From positions 3,712,001 to 3,776,000 of the forward strand of contig CM000152.2 in the NCBI GenBank assembly GCA_000004695.1: a stretch of 64,000 bases of DNA, given 5' to 3'. This DNA comes from Dictyostelium discoideum (Eukaryota). The notes beneath the pieces were generated by a model. It did not search any database. It saw nothing but the letters and a program-made list of their open reading frames with translations, and was not told where the DNA came from. Shown here piece after piece: positions 32,078 through 44,318 of the stretch. Positions within the stretch are counted from its first letter, which is position 1. Each line of letters begins with the position of its first letter. Position numbers and translations under genes: made by a program.

Positions 32078-34888
32078 TTATTTTGATTTTAATATTTTCA
32101 TTTTTAAAGAATTTTTATCTTTTGCAGAGAAATCAATAAAATCTATTAATAGATTTGATAATTCAAAATTTGATGAATTTATTGATTTGACAACTATATC
32201 ATTTAATAATTTTGAATCAAATAATGATGATTGATTTGATTTAGTTTGAATTTTTAATAAATATTTACTGTTTTGATCGGATGATATTATGTTTTTAAAT
32301 ATTTGAGTGTAGCCTTTTTTAGATGCAATACAGAGACAATTATAAAGATAATTGATTGTATTATTATTTAGATTTTCAATAAAATAATTGATAAATAATT
32401 CAAGGTAATAACTTGACGATATACCATATATACAATATTCATTTGTAAAAATTGAAAAATAATCAGGATTAAATAAAACCTCTGGTAATTTATCAAAAAG
32501 ATAAATAATATCATCAACTCTATCTAAATTGTAAAGACAAACTAATAACATTCTGATTGAAATTGTAAAATTGAATGATTCTGTTTTACCAATAGTTAAA
32601 CATCCAACATCTTTACTCTTTTTAGGTGATAAAAGATTTGCTGTGGTTGTTGTAGTTGTGGCTGTCAATGTAGTTGTGAGTTCAATTTTACTTTTAATTT
32701 CTTCAAAGTTTTTATTATCAGTTTTTAAATTAATTACTTTTAACTTTGTTTCAATTGATTCTTTTGAAATATTATTAAATAAAAACTTGATAAAAGTTAA
32801 CATTTTGCCTTTATATGGATTAAAACTAGATTCAAAAAATTTCAAATCCAATGGATGTTTTAATTGTGCATTTGATAAAAAGTTAATAATTGAATTTTCT
32901 TTGTTATCTTTTATATTCAAATCAACTAGCCCTTCAAAAACAATATCAAAATAACCATCAAAACCAATTGAATATACCGATGGTTTTAAAATTGCTCTAT
33001 TTAATCGATCTAAAAAATTTTGATCAAACCAAGGAGTAAAATCTAATTTGCATCTTTTCCCAATACTATCCATTAAATATTCATAATGTTCAATAAGTTC
33101 TAATTGAATTTGTTTCCAAATTTCATTTTGATCATCAAATAATAAAGATTCGTCTCTGTAATTTTGAAAATAAAAGTCTAATATTTCTTTTTTATCGATA
33201 AGATTACAATAATTGCCTATTAATTTACCAATGTTAGGATATCTAGTTATTTTTTGTATTTTATTAGGTTGTTGCATTAATATTTTTAAAAAATAATCTA
33301 TTAGCTCTATATCATTACTTGAAAATACTGCTTTAAAAAATATATAATGATCATATTCTTTAAAAGTTTTCACATATTTATTATCTAAAACATTTGATAT
33401 TAATTCGAATTTTTCATTTTTTTCAATGTTTATATCTTTTAATATGCTTTGAAAAAATAATTGATGATCAAAACTTCTACCATTCCATTTATTGACAACA
33501 CGCTCATACATTTTATCTACACTTTCTTTTTTAAAATTTAAATAATAGAGTAATGGTTTTCTAAAAAACATTTCAGTTGCAGAATTGACTGTGCAATAGA
33601 AAAATAAACAAATTGATTTATAATATTTTTTAATAATTTCTTTTAAATTAATATTATTACTTGCTGTAGATGTTATTGTTAAATTGGGTGTTGAGGTTGA
33701 GGTTGAGGTTGGAGTGGTATGATTTAATAGATTTTTAATTGTTGAATTTAATTGATCATTTGTAAATTGTGATGTTTGTATTTCATTTAATTCTAAAATT
33801 ATTTGATTTAATTTTTCATAATACTTTATATTACTAGGATGTATTTTGATTTTTTCTTTTTGTTTTTGTTGTTCCATTCGTTCTTGTAAGTTTGTTGATT
33901 CTATTAATCTTTTATATGATTTTATTAGTTTTTTAAATTTATTATCGAATGAAAGAAATTTTGATAAATCGGTGCTAATGAATGGCAATAATGTATGTGA
34001 TGTTGGAAGACTATTAATTGATTTTAAGTAATTGTAAATTTTTAATTTATCATATGTAGTATTACCAAAAACCGATGGGTCAATATGAATTTTCATAACT
34101 TTTTTAATAACTTCTGAATCGATTTTAAAAAATTTAATAAATTGATCTAGTGCTGTAAAATTTACATGTCCAATCATTGCCTGAATCCATTTATCAATAT
34201 TTTCATCGAATTGAATAGTTGAAGAAGTTGATGTTGATGAATATCTTGAAAATAATAAATTATAAAATGATTTTGTTTTTTCATCATTTTTTTTAAATTT
34301 ATGAATAATATTGGCAATATTGATTTTATTTCTTATTATTTGATGATTATTATTACTTTTAATATTATCTATAATTATTTCCATTGAATTACTTGTGTCA
34401 TTTAAATAGGAACGATCACAACCTATTAAATCATAATAACCATATTGTTTATTTTTAAAATTTGAAAATATGTGTTTAAATATTACTATATTTCTAAAAA
34501 CTTTCCAAAAATAATTTTCAACTGGTTCAACATCTTTAAATGTTAATATATATTGTTTTTCTTGTGGTTGTGGTTGTTGTTGTTCCTCTTCTTTTTTTTC
34601 TTCTTGTTGATTGGTTTCATTATTTGTAAGATTGTTTTTTACTTTTTTTGATAAAAAATAACCTTCAATTCTATTATAGACTAATTGTTTTTTACCATTA
34701 CTTGCTAAACCTAATGATTTTGCAATTATTTGTAATTCTCTGTAATTTGTTGAACCACTGTCAAAATCTTTTTTAAACTTTTTATAAGTTAATAAACCAT
34801 TATCAATGCCATCACTATCATCATCATCATTGTCTTTTTCATGATGTCCATCAATAGTATCGATTTCTTTTCTTTTATTACTTATCAT
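32078..34888 (-). CDS. Paralog 2 of the same family (936 aa), SAP-like N-terminus retained
   Basis: The N-terminal 100 aa are near-identical to paralog 1. The Thr tracts are shorter ('[16 protein letters not shown]', '[12 protein letters not shown]'). The upstream flank (34890-35000) differs from that of paralog 1. Confidence 0.8.
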   Translation of the reverse strand: MISNKRKEIDTIDGHHEKDNDDDDSDGIDNGLLTYKKFKKDFDSGSTNYRELQIIAKSLGLASNGKKQLVYNRIEGYFLSKKVKNNLTNNETNQQEEKKEEEQQQPQPQEKQYILTFKDVEPVENYFWKVFRNIVIFKHIFSNFKNKQYGYYDLIGCDRSYLNDTSNSMEIIIDNIKSNNNHQIIRNKINIANIIHKFKKNDEKTKSFYNLLFSRYSSTSTSSTIQFDENIDKWIQAMIGHVNFTALDQFIKFFKIDSEVIKKVMKIHIDPSVFGNTTYDKLKIYNYLKSINSLPTSHTLLPFISTDLSKFLSFDNKFKKLIKSYKRLIESTNLQERMEQQKQKEKIKIHPSNIKYYEKLNQIILELNEIQTSQFTNDQLNSTIKNLLNHTTPTSTSTSTPNLTITSTASNNINLKEIIKKYYKSICLFFYCTVNSATEMFFRKPLLYYLNFKKESVDKMYERVVNKWNGRSFDHQLFFQSILKDINIEKNEKFELISNVLDNKYVKTFKEYDHYIFFKAVFSSNDIELIDYFLKILMQQPNKIQKITRYPNIGKLIGNYCNLIDKKEILDFYFQNYRDESLLFDDQNEIWKQIQLELIEHYEYLMDSIGKRCKLDFTPWFDQNFLDRLNRAILKPSVYSIGFDGYFDIVFEGLVDLNIKDNKENSIINFLSNAQLKHPLDLKFFESSFNPYKGKMLTFIKFLFNNISKESIETKLKVINLKTDNKNFEEIKSKIELTTTLTATTTTTTANLLSPKKSKDVGCLTIGKTESFNFTISIRMLLVCLYNLDRVDDIIYLFDKLPEVLFNPDYFSIFTNEYCIYGISSSYYLELFINYFIENLNNNTINYLYNCLCIASKKGYTQIFKNIISSDQNSKYLLKIQTKSNQSSLFDSKLLNDIVVKSINSSNFELSNLLIDFIDFSAKDKNSLKMKILKSK

Positions 34889-35130
34889 TTTTATAATAAA
34901 AATAAAATAAAATTATTAATTGTTTGATTGATTTTGTAATTTTGAAAAAAAAAAAAAAAAAAAAAAAAAAGTGCGTATCAAATTCGGCAAACCTGTTTTT
35001 TTACGTTAGTTTTTTAAGCAAAATTTTTATTATTTTTTTTTAAAACATTTAATTTTAATTTTAATTTTTTTTTTTTTTTCTTTTGTCAGGTGCAACTATT
35101 CATTTTTTTTAAAAAAAAAATTGCTATGAG

Positions 35131-35180
35131 ATGATCAGAGATTATCAGAAAGGATCAGAAAGGATTAGAAAGGATCAGAA
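35131..35180. repeat. Short tandem repeat (AGAAAGGATY)n of about 4 units in the paralog 2/3 intergenic region
   Basis: Direct reading: 'atgatcagagattatcagaaaggatcagaaaggattagaaaggatcagaaaa'. Confidence 0.7.
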
Positions 35181-35532
35181 AATTTTTTTTTTATATTGCA
35201 ACTTATAATTATTTATTTATTATTTATTTATTTTTTTTTTTTTTATTTTTTTTTTTATTTTAAATTTTTTTTTAATGTTTTTTTTATAAAATATTCAAAA
35301 TCTGTTAATTATTTTTTTTCTTTCAATCGAATTGGACTCAAAAAAAAAAAAAAAATTCAAAAAATAGAATGATTAACTGATTTTTTCATTTTTTTTTTTT
35401 TTTTTTCTGAATTTCGTTAATGAGCTCTATTTATATTTTTTTTTTTATTGGTTTTTTTTGATTTCTTTTTATAAAAAATCTATAAAAAATTCTTTCAAAA
35501 TCTGTTAATTATTTTTTTTTAACAACAATTCG

Positions 35533-35571
<39 letters not shown>

Positions 35572-35629
35572 AAAAAAAAACTTTGAATGGAAATTAATTT
35601 ATTATTAAATTTTTTATTGTATTCTTTTG

Positions 35630-38581
35630 TTATTTTGATTTTATTATTTTCATTTTTAAAGTATTTTTATCTTTTTCTGAGAAATCAATAAAATCTATTA
35701 ATAGATTTGATAATTCAAAATTTAATGAATTTATTGATTTGACAACTATATCATTTAATAATTTTGAACTAAATAATGATGATTGATTTGATTTAGTTCG
35801 AATTTTTAATAAATATTTACTATTATGATCGGATGATATTATGTTTTTAAATATTTGAGTGTAACCTTTTTTAGAAGCAATACAAAGACAATTATAAAGA
35901 TAATTGATTGTATTATTATTTAGATTTTCAATAAAATAATTGATAAATAATTCAAGGTAATAACTTGACGATATACCATACAAACAATGTTCTTTTGTAA
36001 AAATTGAAAAATAATCAGGATTAAATAAAACTTCTGGTAATTTATCAAAAAGATAAATAATATCATCAACTCTATCTAGTCTGTAAAGACAAACTAATAA
36101 TATTCTAATTGAAACTGTAAAATTGAATGATTCTGTTTGGCCAATAATGAAAAATCCAACATCTTCACCTTTTTTAGCTGATAAAAGATTTGTTGCGGTT
36201 GCTGTTGTTCCTGTTGTGGTTGTTGTTGTGGTAGTTGTTGTGGTTGTCAATGTGGTGGTGAGTACAATTTCACTATTAATTTCTTCAAAGTTTTTATTAT
36301 CAGTTTTTAAATTAATTACTTTTAACTTTGTTTCAATAGATTCTTTTGAAATATTATTAAATAAAAACTTGATAAAAGTTAACATTTTACTTTTATATCG
36401 ATTAAAACTAGATTCTAAAATTGGAGAAACATATAATGGATGTTTTAATTGTGCATTTGATAAAAAGTGAATAATTGAATTTTCTTTGGAGTCTTCCGTA
36501 TTCGAATCAATTAGCCCTTTGAAAATAAAATTAAAATTAAAATTAATAGTGCCACGAAAATCAAAATAGTATAAGAGTGGTTTTGCAATTGTTCTATTTA
36601 ATCGATCTAAAAATTTTGAACTATCAAACCAACGGAAAATATCAAAATTGCATCTGTTTCCAATACTACCCGTTAAATATTCATAATGTTCAATAAGTCC
36701 TAATTGAATTCGTTTCCAAGTTTGATTTTGATCATTAAATAATAAACATTCATCTCTGTAATTTTGAAAATAAAAGTCTAATATTTCTTTTTTATCGATA
36801 AAATGACAATAATCGCTTATTAAACTACCAATAACTGGGAAGGTAGTTGTTTCTGGTGTTTGATTGAGTTGTTGTTGCTTTAATATTTTTAAAAAATAAT
36901 CAATTAACTCTATATCATTACTTGAAAATACTGCTTCAAAAAATATATGAAGATCTTTTAATTTAAAAGTTTTCACATATTTATTATTTAAAACATTTGA
37001 TATTAATTCGAATTTTTCATTTTTTTCAATTTTTATATCTTTAAATATTCTTTGAAAAAATAATTTATGATCAAAATTACTACCATTCCATTTTTTGATA
37101 ACATGCTCATACATTTTATCTACCCTTTCTTTTTTAAAATATAAATAATAAAGTAATGGTTTTCTAAAAATAGTTTTATTTGCTGAATTAATTGTGAAAT
37201 AAATAAATAAATAAATTGATTTATAATATTTTTTAATAATTTCTTTTAAATTAATATTATTGTTGTTATTGTTAGTGCTGCTGTAATTACTTTCTGTAGA
37301 TATTATTGTGAGATTGGTTGTTTTTAATGATGTTGAGGTAGAGGTAGAGGTTGAGGTATATGTAGATGTAGAGGTTGAGGTTGAGGTTGAGGTTGAGGTT
37401 GGAGTGGTATGATTTAATAATTTTTTAATTGTTGAATTTAATTGATAATTTGTAAATTGTGATGTTTGTATTTCATTTAATTCTAATATTTTTTGATTTA
37501 ATTTTTCATAATACTTTTTATTAGGATGTATTTTAATTATTCCTTGTTTTTCTAGTTGTTCTTGTTGTTCTTGTAAGTTTGTTGATTCTATTAATCTTTT
37601 ATAAGATTTTATAAGTTTTTTAAATTTATTATCGAATGAAAGAAGTGTTGAAAAATTGATGCTAATAGTTGATAATAATGTATGTGATGTTGGAATACTA
37701 TTAATTGATTTTAAGTAATTGTAAATTTTTAATTTATCATATGTAGTATTACCAAAGAATGATGGATCAATATGAATTTTTATAGCTTTTTTAATAACTT
37801 CTGAATCGATTTTAAAAAATTTAATAAATTGATCTAGTGCTGTGTAATTTACATTTTCAATCATTCTTTGAATCCATATATCAATATTTCCATCGAATTG
37901 AATAGTTGAAGGTAGTTGTGTTGATGGTGAAGTTGATGTAGATGAATATCTTGAAAATAATAAATTATAAAATGATCTTGTTTTTTCATCGTTTTTTTTA
38001 AATTTATTAATAATGTCTATAATATTGCTTTCATTTCTTATTATTTGATGATTATAGCTTTTTATATTATCTATAATTATTTCCATTGAATTACTTTTTC
38101 CATTTAAAAGGATTTCATCACAACCTATTAAATCATAATAACTGTATTGTTTACTTTTAAAATTTGAAAATATGTGTTTAAATATTACTATATTTCTAAA
38201 TATTTTCCAAAAATAAATTTCAACTGGTTCAACATCTTTAAATGTTAATATATATTGTTTTTCTTGTGGTTGTGGTTGTTGTTGTTCTTTTTTTTTTTCT
38301 ACTTGTCGATTGGTTTCATTATTTGTAAGATTGTTTTTTACTTTTTTTGATAAAAAATAACCTTCAATTCTATTATAGACTAATTGTTTTTTACCATTAC
38401 TTGCTAAACCTAATGATTTTGCAATTATTTGTAATTCTCTGTAATTTGTTGAACCACTTTCAAAATCTTTTTTAAACTTTTTATATGTTAATAAACCATT
38501 ATCAATGCCATCACTATCATCATTATTTTTTTCATGATGTTCATTAATAGTATCGATTTCTTTTCTTTTATTACTTATCAT
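35630..38581 (-). CDS. Paralog 3 of the same family (983 aa), SAP-like N-terminus retained
   Basis: Same architecture as paralogs 1 and 2, with the longest repeat tracts ('[24 protein letters not shown]', '[22 protein letters not shown]'), and more diverged from them in the C-terminal third. Confidence 0.8.
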   Translation of the reverse strand: MISNKRKEIDTINEHHEKNNDDSDGIDNGLLTYKKFKKDFESGSTNYRELQIIAKSLGLASNGKKQLVYNRIEGYFLSKKVKNNLTNNETNRQVEKKKEQQQPQPQEKQYILTFKDVEPVEIYFWKIFRNIVIFKHIFSNFKSKQYSYYDLIGCDEILLNGKSNSMEIIIDNIKSYNHQIIRNESNIIDIINKFKKNDEKTRSFYNLLFSRYSSTSTSPSTQLPSTIQFDGNIDIWIQRMIENVNYTALDQFIKFFKIDSEVIKKAIKIHIDPSFFGNTTYDKLKIYNYLKSINSIPTSHTLLSTISINFSTLLSFDNKFKKLIKSYKRLIESTNLQEQQEQLEKQGIIKIHPNKKYYEKLNQKILELNEIQTSQFTNYQLNSTIKKLLNHTTPTSTSTSTSTSTSTYTSTSTSTSTSLKTTNLTIISTESNYSSTNNNNNNINLKEIIKKYYKSIYLFIYFTINSANKTIFRKPLLYYLYFKKERVDKMYEHVIKKWNGSNFDHKLFFQRIFKDIKIEKNEKFELISNVLNNKYVKTFKLKDLHIFFEAVFSSNDIELIDYFLKILKQQQLNQTPETTTFPVIGSLISDYCHFIDKKEILDFYFQNYRDECLLFNDQNQTWKRIQLGLIEHYEYLTGSIGNRCNFDIFRWFDSSKFLDRLNRTIAKPLLYYFDFRGTINFNFNFIFKGLIDSNTEDSKENSIIHFLSNAQLKHPLYVSPILESSFNRYKSKMLTFIKFLFNNISKESIETKLKVINLKTDNKNFEEINSEIVLTTTLTTTTTTTTTTTTGTTATATNLLSAKKGEDVGFFIIGQTESFNFTVSIRILLVCLYRLDRVDDIIYLFDKLPEVLFNPDYFSIFTKEHCLYGISSSYYLELFINYFIENLNNNTINYLYNCLCIASKKGYTQIFKNIISSDHNSKYLLKIRTKSNQSSLFSSKLLNDIVVKSINSLNFELSNLLIDFIDFSEKDKNTLKMKIIKSK

Positions 38582-38680
38582 TTTTGTTAGAAAAATAAAA
38601 TAAAATTTTTAATTGTTTGATTGGTTTCAAAATTATGGAAAAAAAAAAAAAAAAAAAAAGAGCCTTGTTGGATATTTTTT

Positions 38681-38975
38681 TTTTTTTATTTTGGTGTTAT
38701 GAAAAAGTTAATTAATTTTTGGGCAAGATATTATTTTTTTTTTTTGGTGTTGTGAAAAAATTAATGGTGTTTTTTTTATTTTTTTTTTATTTTGGTGTTA
38801 TGAAAAAATTAATTGATTTTTGGGCAAGACATTATTTTTTTTTTTTTTTTTTTTTTTTTTGGAGTTATGAAAAAATTAATAGCATTTTTTTTATTTTTTT
38901 TTTTTTTATTTTTTTTTTTTTTTTTCTTTTGGTGTTGTGGAAATATTAATTGATTTTCGGGCCAGATATTAATTT
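38681..38975. repeat. Tandem repeat of roughly 55-60-bp units, five copies (full and shortened alternating), about 100 bp upstream of the paralog-3 start codon
   Basis: The unit consensus is 'TTTTGGTGTTRTGAAAAARTTAATTGATTTTTGGGCAAGAYATTA', separated by T-runs. Copies begin near 38690, 38748, 38803, 38869 and 38927. Confidence 0.75.
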
Positions 38976-39607
38976 TTTTCTAATTTTATTTCAGAAAACA
39001 CAAATTCAAAATGTAAAAATGTTTTTATTTTTTTTATTTTTTTTTTATTTTTTTTTCTTTTTTATTTTTTAATTTATATTTTTTTTCTACAACATAATGA
39101 AAATTGCCAACACAAAATTTTATTTGAAAAATGGCGTGTAATAAAATAATATTGTTGTCCGCATCTAAGATGCAATAAAAGATTTGTTAGCTTGAGAGAT
39201 TTAAACAACCTTTGTGATAATATACAATTATATATTTGTCTTTTGTGTGAATTTATAAATTATTTTTTAAAATGATATATTGATACATTTTTTCCTTTTT
39301 TCTTTTTGTTTTTTATTTTTGAAAGAATTTTTTATAGCTTTTGTAAAAAAAAAAAAAAAAATTTGTTTTGTTTTAATTTTTTATTACTAATAATAAAATT
39401 CAAAAATAAAAAATAATCAATTGTGCACTTAGTATTGAATGAACGCTTTTCCAAATCGCAATTATTATTATAGCTTCTTTCTATTGGGAATTGGCGATAT
39501 TTTTGGTCTGAGCAATTCAGAAGACTTGCCATTAGGATTACATGATTTTGTACTTGGTCCAACATATTCAAAATTATACGAGCATTTAATTTTATTAATA
39601 AAATTTA

Positions 39608-39660
<53 letters not shown>

Positions 39661-39747
39661 TATATATACACTGTAAATATATCCTAGATTTTCAAATATT
39701 TAAAAATGGAAATCAATTTATTATTAAAATTTTTTATTGTATTCTTG

Positions 39748-42420
39748 TTATTTTAATTTTAATATTTTCATTTTTAAAGTATTTTGACCGTTTGCTGAGA
39801 AATCAATAAAATCTATTAATAGATTTGACAATTCAAAATTTAATGAACTTATTGATTTATCAACTATGTCATTTAATAGTTTTGAATCAAATAATGATGA
39901 TTGATTTGATTCAGTTTGAATTTTTAATAAATATTTACTGTTTTGATCGGATGATATTATGTTTTTAAATATTTGAGTGTAACCTTTTTCAGATGCAATA
40001 CAAAGACAATGATAAAGATAATTGGTTGTATCATTTAGATTTGCAATAAAATAATTGATAAATAATTCAAGGTAATAACTTGACGATATACTATATATAC
40101 AATATTCTTTTGTAAAAATTGAAGAATAATAAGATTTTAAAAAAACTTCTGGTAATTTATCAAAAAGATAAATAATATCATCAACTCTATCTAGTTTGTA
40201 AAGACAAACTAATAACGTTGTAATTGAAATTGTAAAATTGAATGATTCTGTTTTACCAATAGTTAAACATCCAACATCTTCACTTTTTTTAGGTGATAAA
40301 AGATTTGTTGCGGTTGTCAATGTAGTGGTGAATTCAATTTTACTATATTTTTCTTCAAAGTTTTTATTATCAGTTTTTAAATTAATTACTTTTAACTTTG
40401 TTTCGATTGATTCTTTTGAAATATTATTAAATAAAAACTTGATTAAAGTTAACAATTTGGCTGCATATGGACTAAAACTAGATCCTAAAATTTCCAAATC
40501 CAATGGTTGTTTAAATTGTGCATTTGATAAAAAGTTAATAATTGAATTTTCTTTGTTGTTATTTATATTCGAATCAATTAACCATTTAAAATCACTACTA
40601 CTACCACCAAAATCAATAGAATATACCAATGGTTTCATAATTGCTCTATTTAATCGATCTAAGAAATTTAAATTTTTATACCAATAAATAAAATCTAATT
40701 TGCATCTGTTTCCAATACTACCCGTTAAATATTCATAATGTTCAATAAGTTCTAATTGAATATATTTGCAATTTTCATTTTGATCATTAAATAATAAACA
40801 TTCATCTCTGTAATTTTGAAAATAAAAGTCTAATATTTCTTTTTTATCGATAAGATGACAATAATCGCATATTAATTTACCAATGCTTGGATATTTTGTT
40901 ATTTCTGGTATTTGATTAAGTTGTAATTGTTTTATTTTTTTTAAAAAATAATCTATTAACTCTATATCATTACTTGAAAATACTGCTTTAAAAAATATAT
41001 AATGATCATATTCCCTAAAAGTTTTCACATATTTATTATCTAAAACATTTAATATTAATTCGAATTTTTCATTTTTTTCAATGTTTATATCTTTTAATAT
41101 GCTTTGAAAAAATAATTTATGATCGAAACTACTGCCATTCCATTTATTGACAACACGCTCATACATTTTATCTACACTTTCTTTTTTAAATTTTAAATAA
41201 TAAAATAATCCTTTTCTAAAAACCCCTTTATTTTCAGGTTTAACTGTAAAATAAAAAAATAAATAAATTGATTCATAATATTTTTTAATAATATCTTTTA
41301 AATTAATTTTATTGTTGCTGTTGATGTTGTTGTGATTGTGATTGTTATTGTTGTTGTAGTTGCTTTCTGTAGATATTATTGTAAGATTGGTTGTGGTTGT
41401 TGTTGTGGTTGTTGTTATTGAAGTTGAGGTTGGAGTGGTATGATTTAATAAATTTTTAATTGTTGAATTTAATTGATCATTTGTAAACTGTGATGTTTGT
41501 ATTTCATTTAATTCTAATATTTTTTGATTTAATTTTTCATAATACTTTTTATTATTAGGATGTATTTTCAATTTTCCTTGTTTTTCTTGTTGTTCTTGTT
41601 GTTCTTGTAAGTTTGTTGATTCTATTAATCTTTTATATGATTTTATAAATTTTTTAAATTTATTATCGAATGAAAGAAATATTTCTAAATCGGTATTAAT
41701 GAATGGTAGTAATTTATGTGATGTTGGAAGACTATTAATTGATTTTAAGTAATTGTAAATTTTTAATTTACCATATGTAGTATAACCAAAGAATGATGGT
41801 TTAATATGAATTTCCATAACTTTTTTAATAGCTTCTGAATCGATTTTAAAAAATTTAATAAATTGATCCAGTGCTGTACAATTTACATTTTTAATCATTC
41901 TTTGAATCCATTTATCAATATTTTCATCGAATCGAATAGTTGAAGATAGTTGTATTGGTGAAGTTGATCCTGACGAATATCTTGAAAATAATAAATTATA
42001 AAATGATCTTGTTTTTTCATCATTTTTTTTAAATGTATGAATAATGTCTATAATATTGCTTTCATTTCTTATTATTTGATGATTATTATTGCTTTTAATA
42101 TTATCTATAATTATTTCCATTGAATTAGTTCTGCCATTTAAAAAAAAGATTTCATCACAACCTATTAAATCATAATAACCATATTGTTTACTTTTAAAAT
42201 TTGAAAATATGTGTTTAAATATAAATATATTTCTAAAAACTTTCCAAAAATAAATTTCAACTGGTTCAACATCTTTAAATGATAATATACATTGTTTTTT
42301 TTGTTGTTGTTGTGGTTGTTCTTCTTTTTTTTTTTCTTGTTGATTGCCATTATCATGATTATAGTCTTTTTCATGATGTTCATTAATATTATCGATTTCT
42401 TTTCTTTTATTATTTACCAT
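39748..42420 (-). CDS. Paralog 4 of the same family (about 890 aa), with the SAP-like N-terminal region missing
   Basis: The homologous Met is '[20 protein letters not shown]', ATG at 42420. The track ORF extends to 42570 only through lysine-rich read-through of the poly(A) 5' flank. Relative to paralogs 1-3, about 70 aa containing '[58 protein letters not shown]' are absent between 'HHEKD' and the 'EEQ...QQQ...[23 protein letters not shown]' segment that follows the deleted block. Confidence 0.7.
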
Positions 42421-42823
42421 TTTTAAAAGAAAAGAAATTTTAGTTTGATTTTGTTTTAAAAAAAAAGCCTTGTCGAAAGTTATTGTTTTTTTATTGTAAA
42501 CGGTGCAAATTCGAACTTTCAAAAGTTTTTTCAATTTTTTTTTTTTATTCATTTTTTTTTTTTTTTTCATTTTCTTTTTTTCCCCACCGATAATAATAAC
42601 GGATAATAACTTTTAATATATTAATTACAACCTTTATACTACAGTTTTTTTTTTTGTCTACTAAAATCATTGATGATTTTAAAACAATAGCTTTCAACTA
42701 TTGTAAAGGGTGTGACCCTCCAGTCTCGGGTGATCATGATATCGAAAAAAAAAAAAATTCATTACAATCTTTTGTGTAAACTCTCATCTTAAAGCGAACA
42801 AACAAACCACAAGTTTATAAAGT

Positions 42824-44240
42824 TTAAATAAAATTGGAAATAGTATTTGTAGTGGTGTTGAATAGAGAAAACAGTAGAAAAGCTAATTCGCATCTTTTTC
42901 CAATACTACCCATTAAATATTCATAATGTTTAATAAGTCCTAATTGAATATTTTTCCAATTTTGATTTTGATCATTAAATAATAAACATTCATCTCTGTA
43001 ATTTTGAAAATAAAAGTCTAATATTTCTTTTTTATCAACAAGACGACAATAATCTCCTATTATTTTTAGTCTTTGATTATTAAGTTGTTGTTGTTGTAAT
43101 TGCTTTATTTTTTTAAAAAAACAATCAAATAAATCTACATCATTACTTGAAAATATAAAAAATATATATAAAAATATATAAAAAAAAATGATTATCACTA
43201 ACTTGCAATGGTTTCCATTTGATTTTATCAAAACAATTTGATATTATTCTAATCTCTCATTTTTTTCAATGTTTATATCTTTTAATATGCCTTGAAAAAA
43301 TGATTGATGATCAAAATAAATACCATTCCATTTATTGATAACACCTTGATACATTTTATCTACCCTTTCTTTTCTAAAATAAATAATAGTATATTGGCTT
43401 TCTAATATATCTTTTATATAATTGAACTGTGCAATTAAAAAATAAACAAATTGATTTAATATATTTTTTAATAATATTAATTTTGTTGTTGTTTTCTTCT
43501 GTAGTTATTGCCGTTGAAGTCGAGGTTGAGTTTGGGGTTGAGGTTGAAGTTGTAGTGGTAAGTTATATAATAAATTTTAATTGTTGAATTTAATTGATCA
43601 TTTGTAAATTGTGATGTTTGTATTTCATTTAATTCTAAAATTATTTGATTTAATTTTTCATAATACTTTTTATTATTAGGATGCATTTTTAAATTTTCTT
43701 CTTGTTTTTGTTGTTCTTGTTCTTGTAAGTTTGTTGATTCTATTAATCTTTCATATGATTTTATAAGTTTTTTAAATTTATTGTCGAATGAAAGGAATCC
43801 TTGTAAATCTGCATTAATGAATGGTAATAATATATGTGATGTTGGAAGACTATTAATTGATTTTAAGTAATTATAAATTTTTAATTTGTCATATTTAGAA
43901 CTACTATAGAAAAAAGGATTAATATGAGTTTCTATAACTATTTTAATATCTTCTGAATTGATATTAATAAAATTAATAAATTGATCTAGTGCTATGCAAT
44001 TTACACTTTCAATCATTCTTTTAATCCATATATCAATATTTTCATTGAATCGAATAGTTGAGGATAGTTGTGTTGATGGTGAAGTTGATGTTGATTAATA
44101 TCTTGAAAATAATAAATTATAAAATGATCTTGTTTTTTCATCATTTTTTTTAAATTTAATAAAAATGTTGATAATATTTCTTTCATTTCTTATTATTTGA
44201 TGATTATTATTACTTTTAATATTATCTATAATTATTTCAA
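42824..44240 (-). pseudogene. Decayed fifth copy of the tandem family. It is truncated at both ends and carries a nonsense mutation, internal deletions and frameshifts.
   Basis: The 44060-44240 segment translates to '[50 protein letters not shown]...', where TCA>TAA at the position of paralog-1 'SRYSSTST'. ORF 43477..44016 corresponds to '[26 protein letters not shown]...NDQLNSTIK'. The 43232-43476 stretch is nucleotide-homologous to paralog-1 30120-30400 but is out of frame. ORF 42824..43231 corresponds to the '[20 protein letters not shown]...[17 protein letters not shown]' region. There is no SAP region and no C-terminal third. Confidence 0.75.
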
Positions 44241-44318
44241 ATTACAAAAAAAAAAAAAAAAAAAAAAAAATAATAAAAAAATAAAATAAAATAAATAAAA
44301 GACAATTTTATTATTATT

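Noticed and set aside
39154-39165. Shared 10-mer 'TTGTCCGCAT' at 39154 and 53741
   Set aside because: Only two occurrences, in different contexts. That is too short to separate from chance without a genome-wide count.
39332-39687. ORFs 39332..39571 - and 39439..39687 + in the spacer between paralogs 3 and 4
   Set aside because: They are mutually overlapping on opposite strands within a mixed-composition spacer, with no homology to anything else in the window and no clear start context. The sequence may be UTR or a promoter region of paralog 3, so it is left unannotated.
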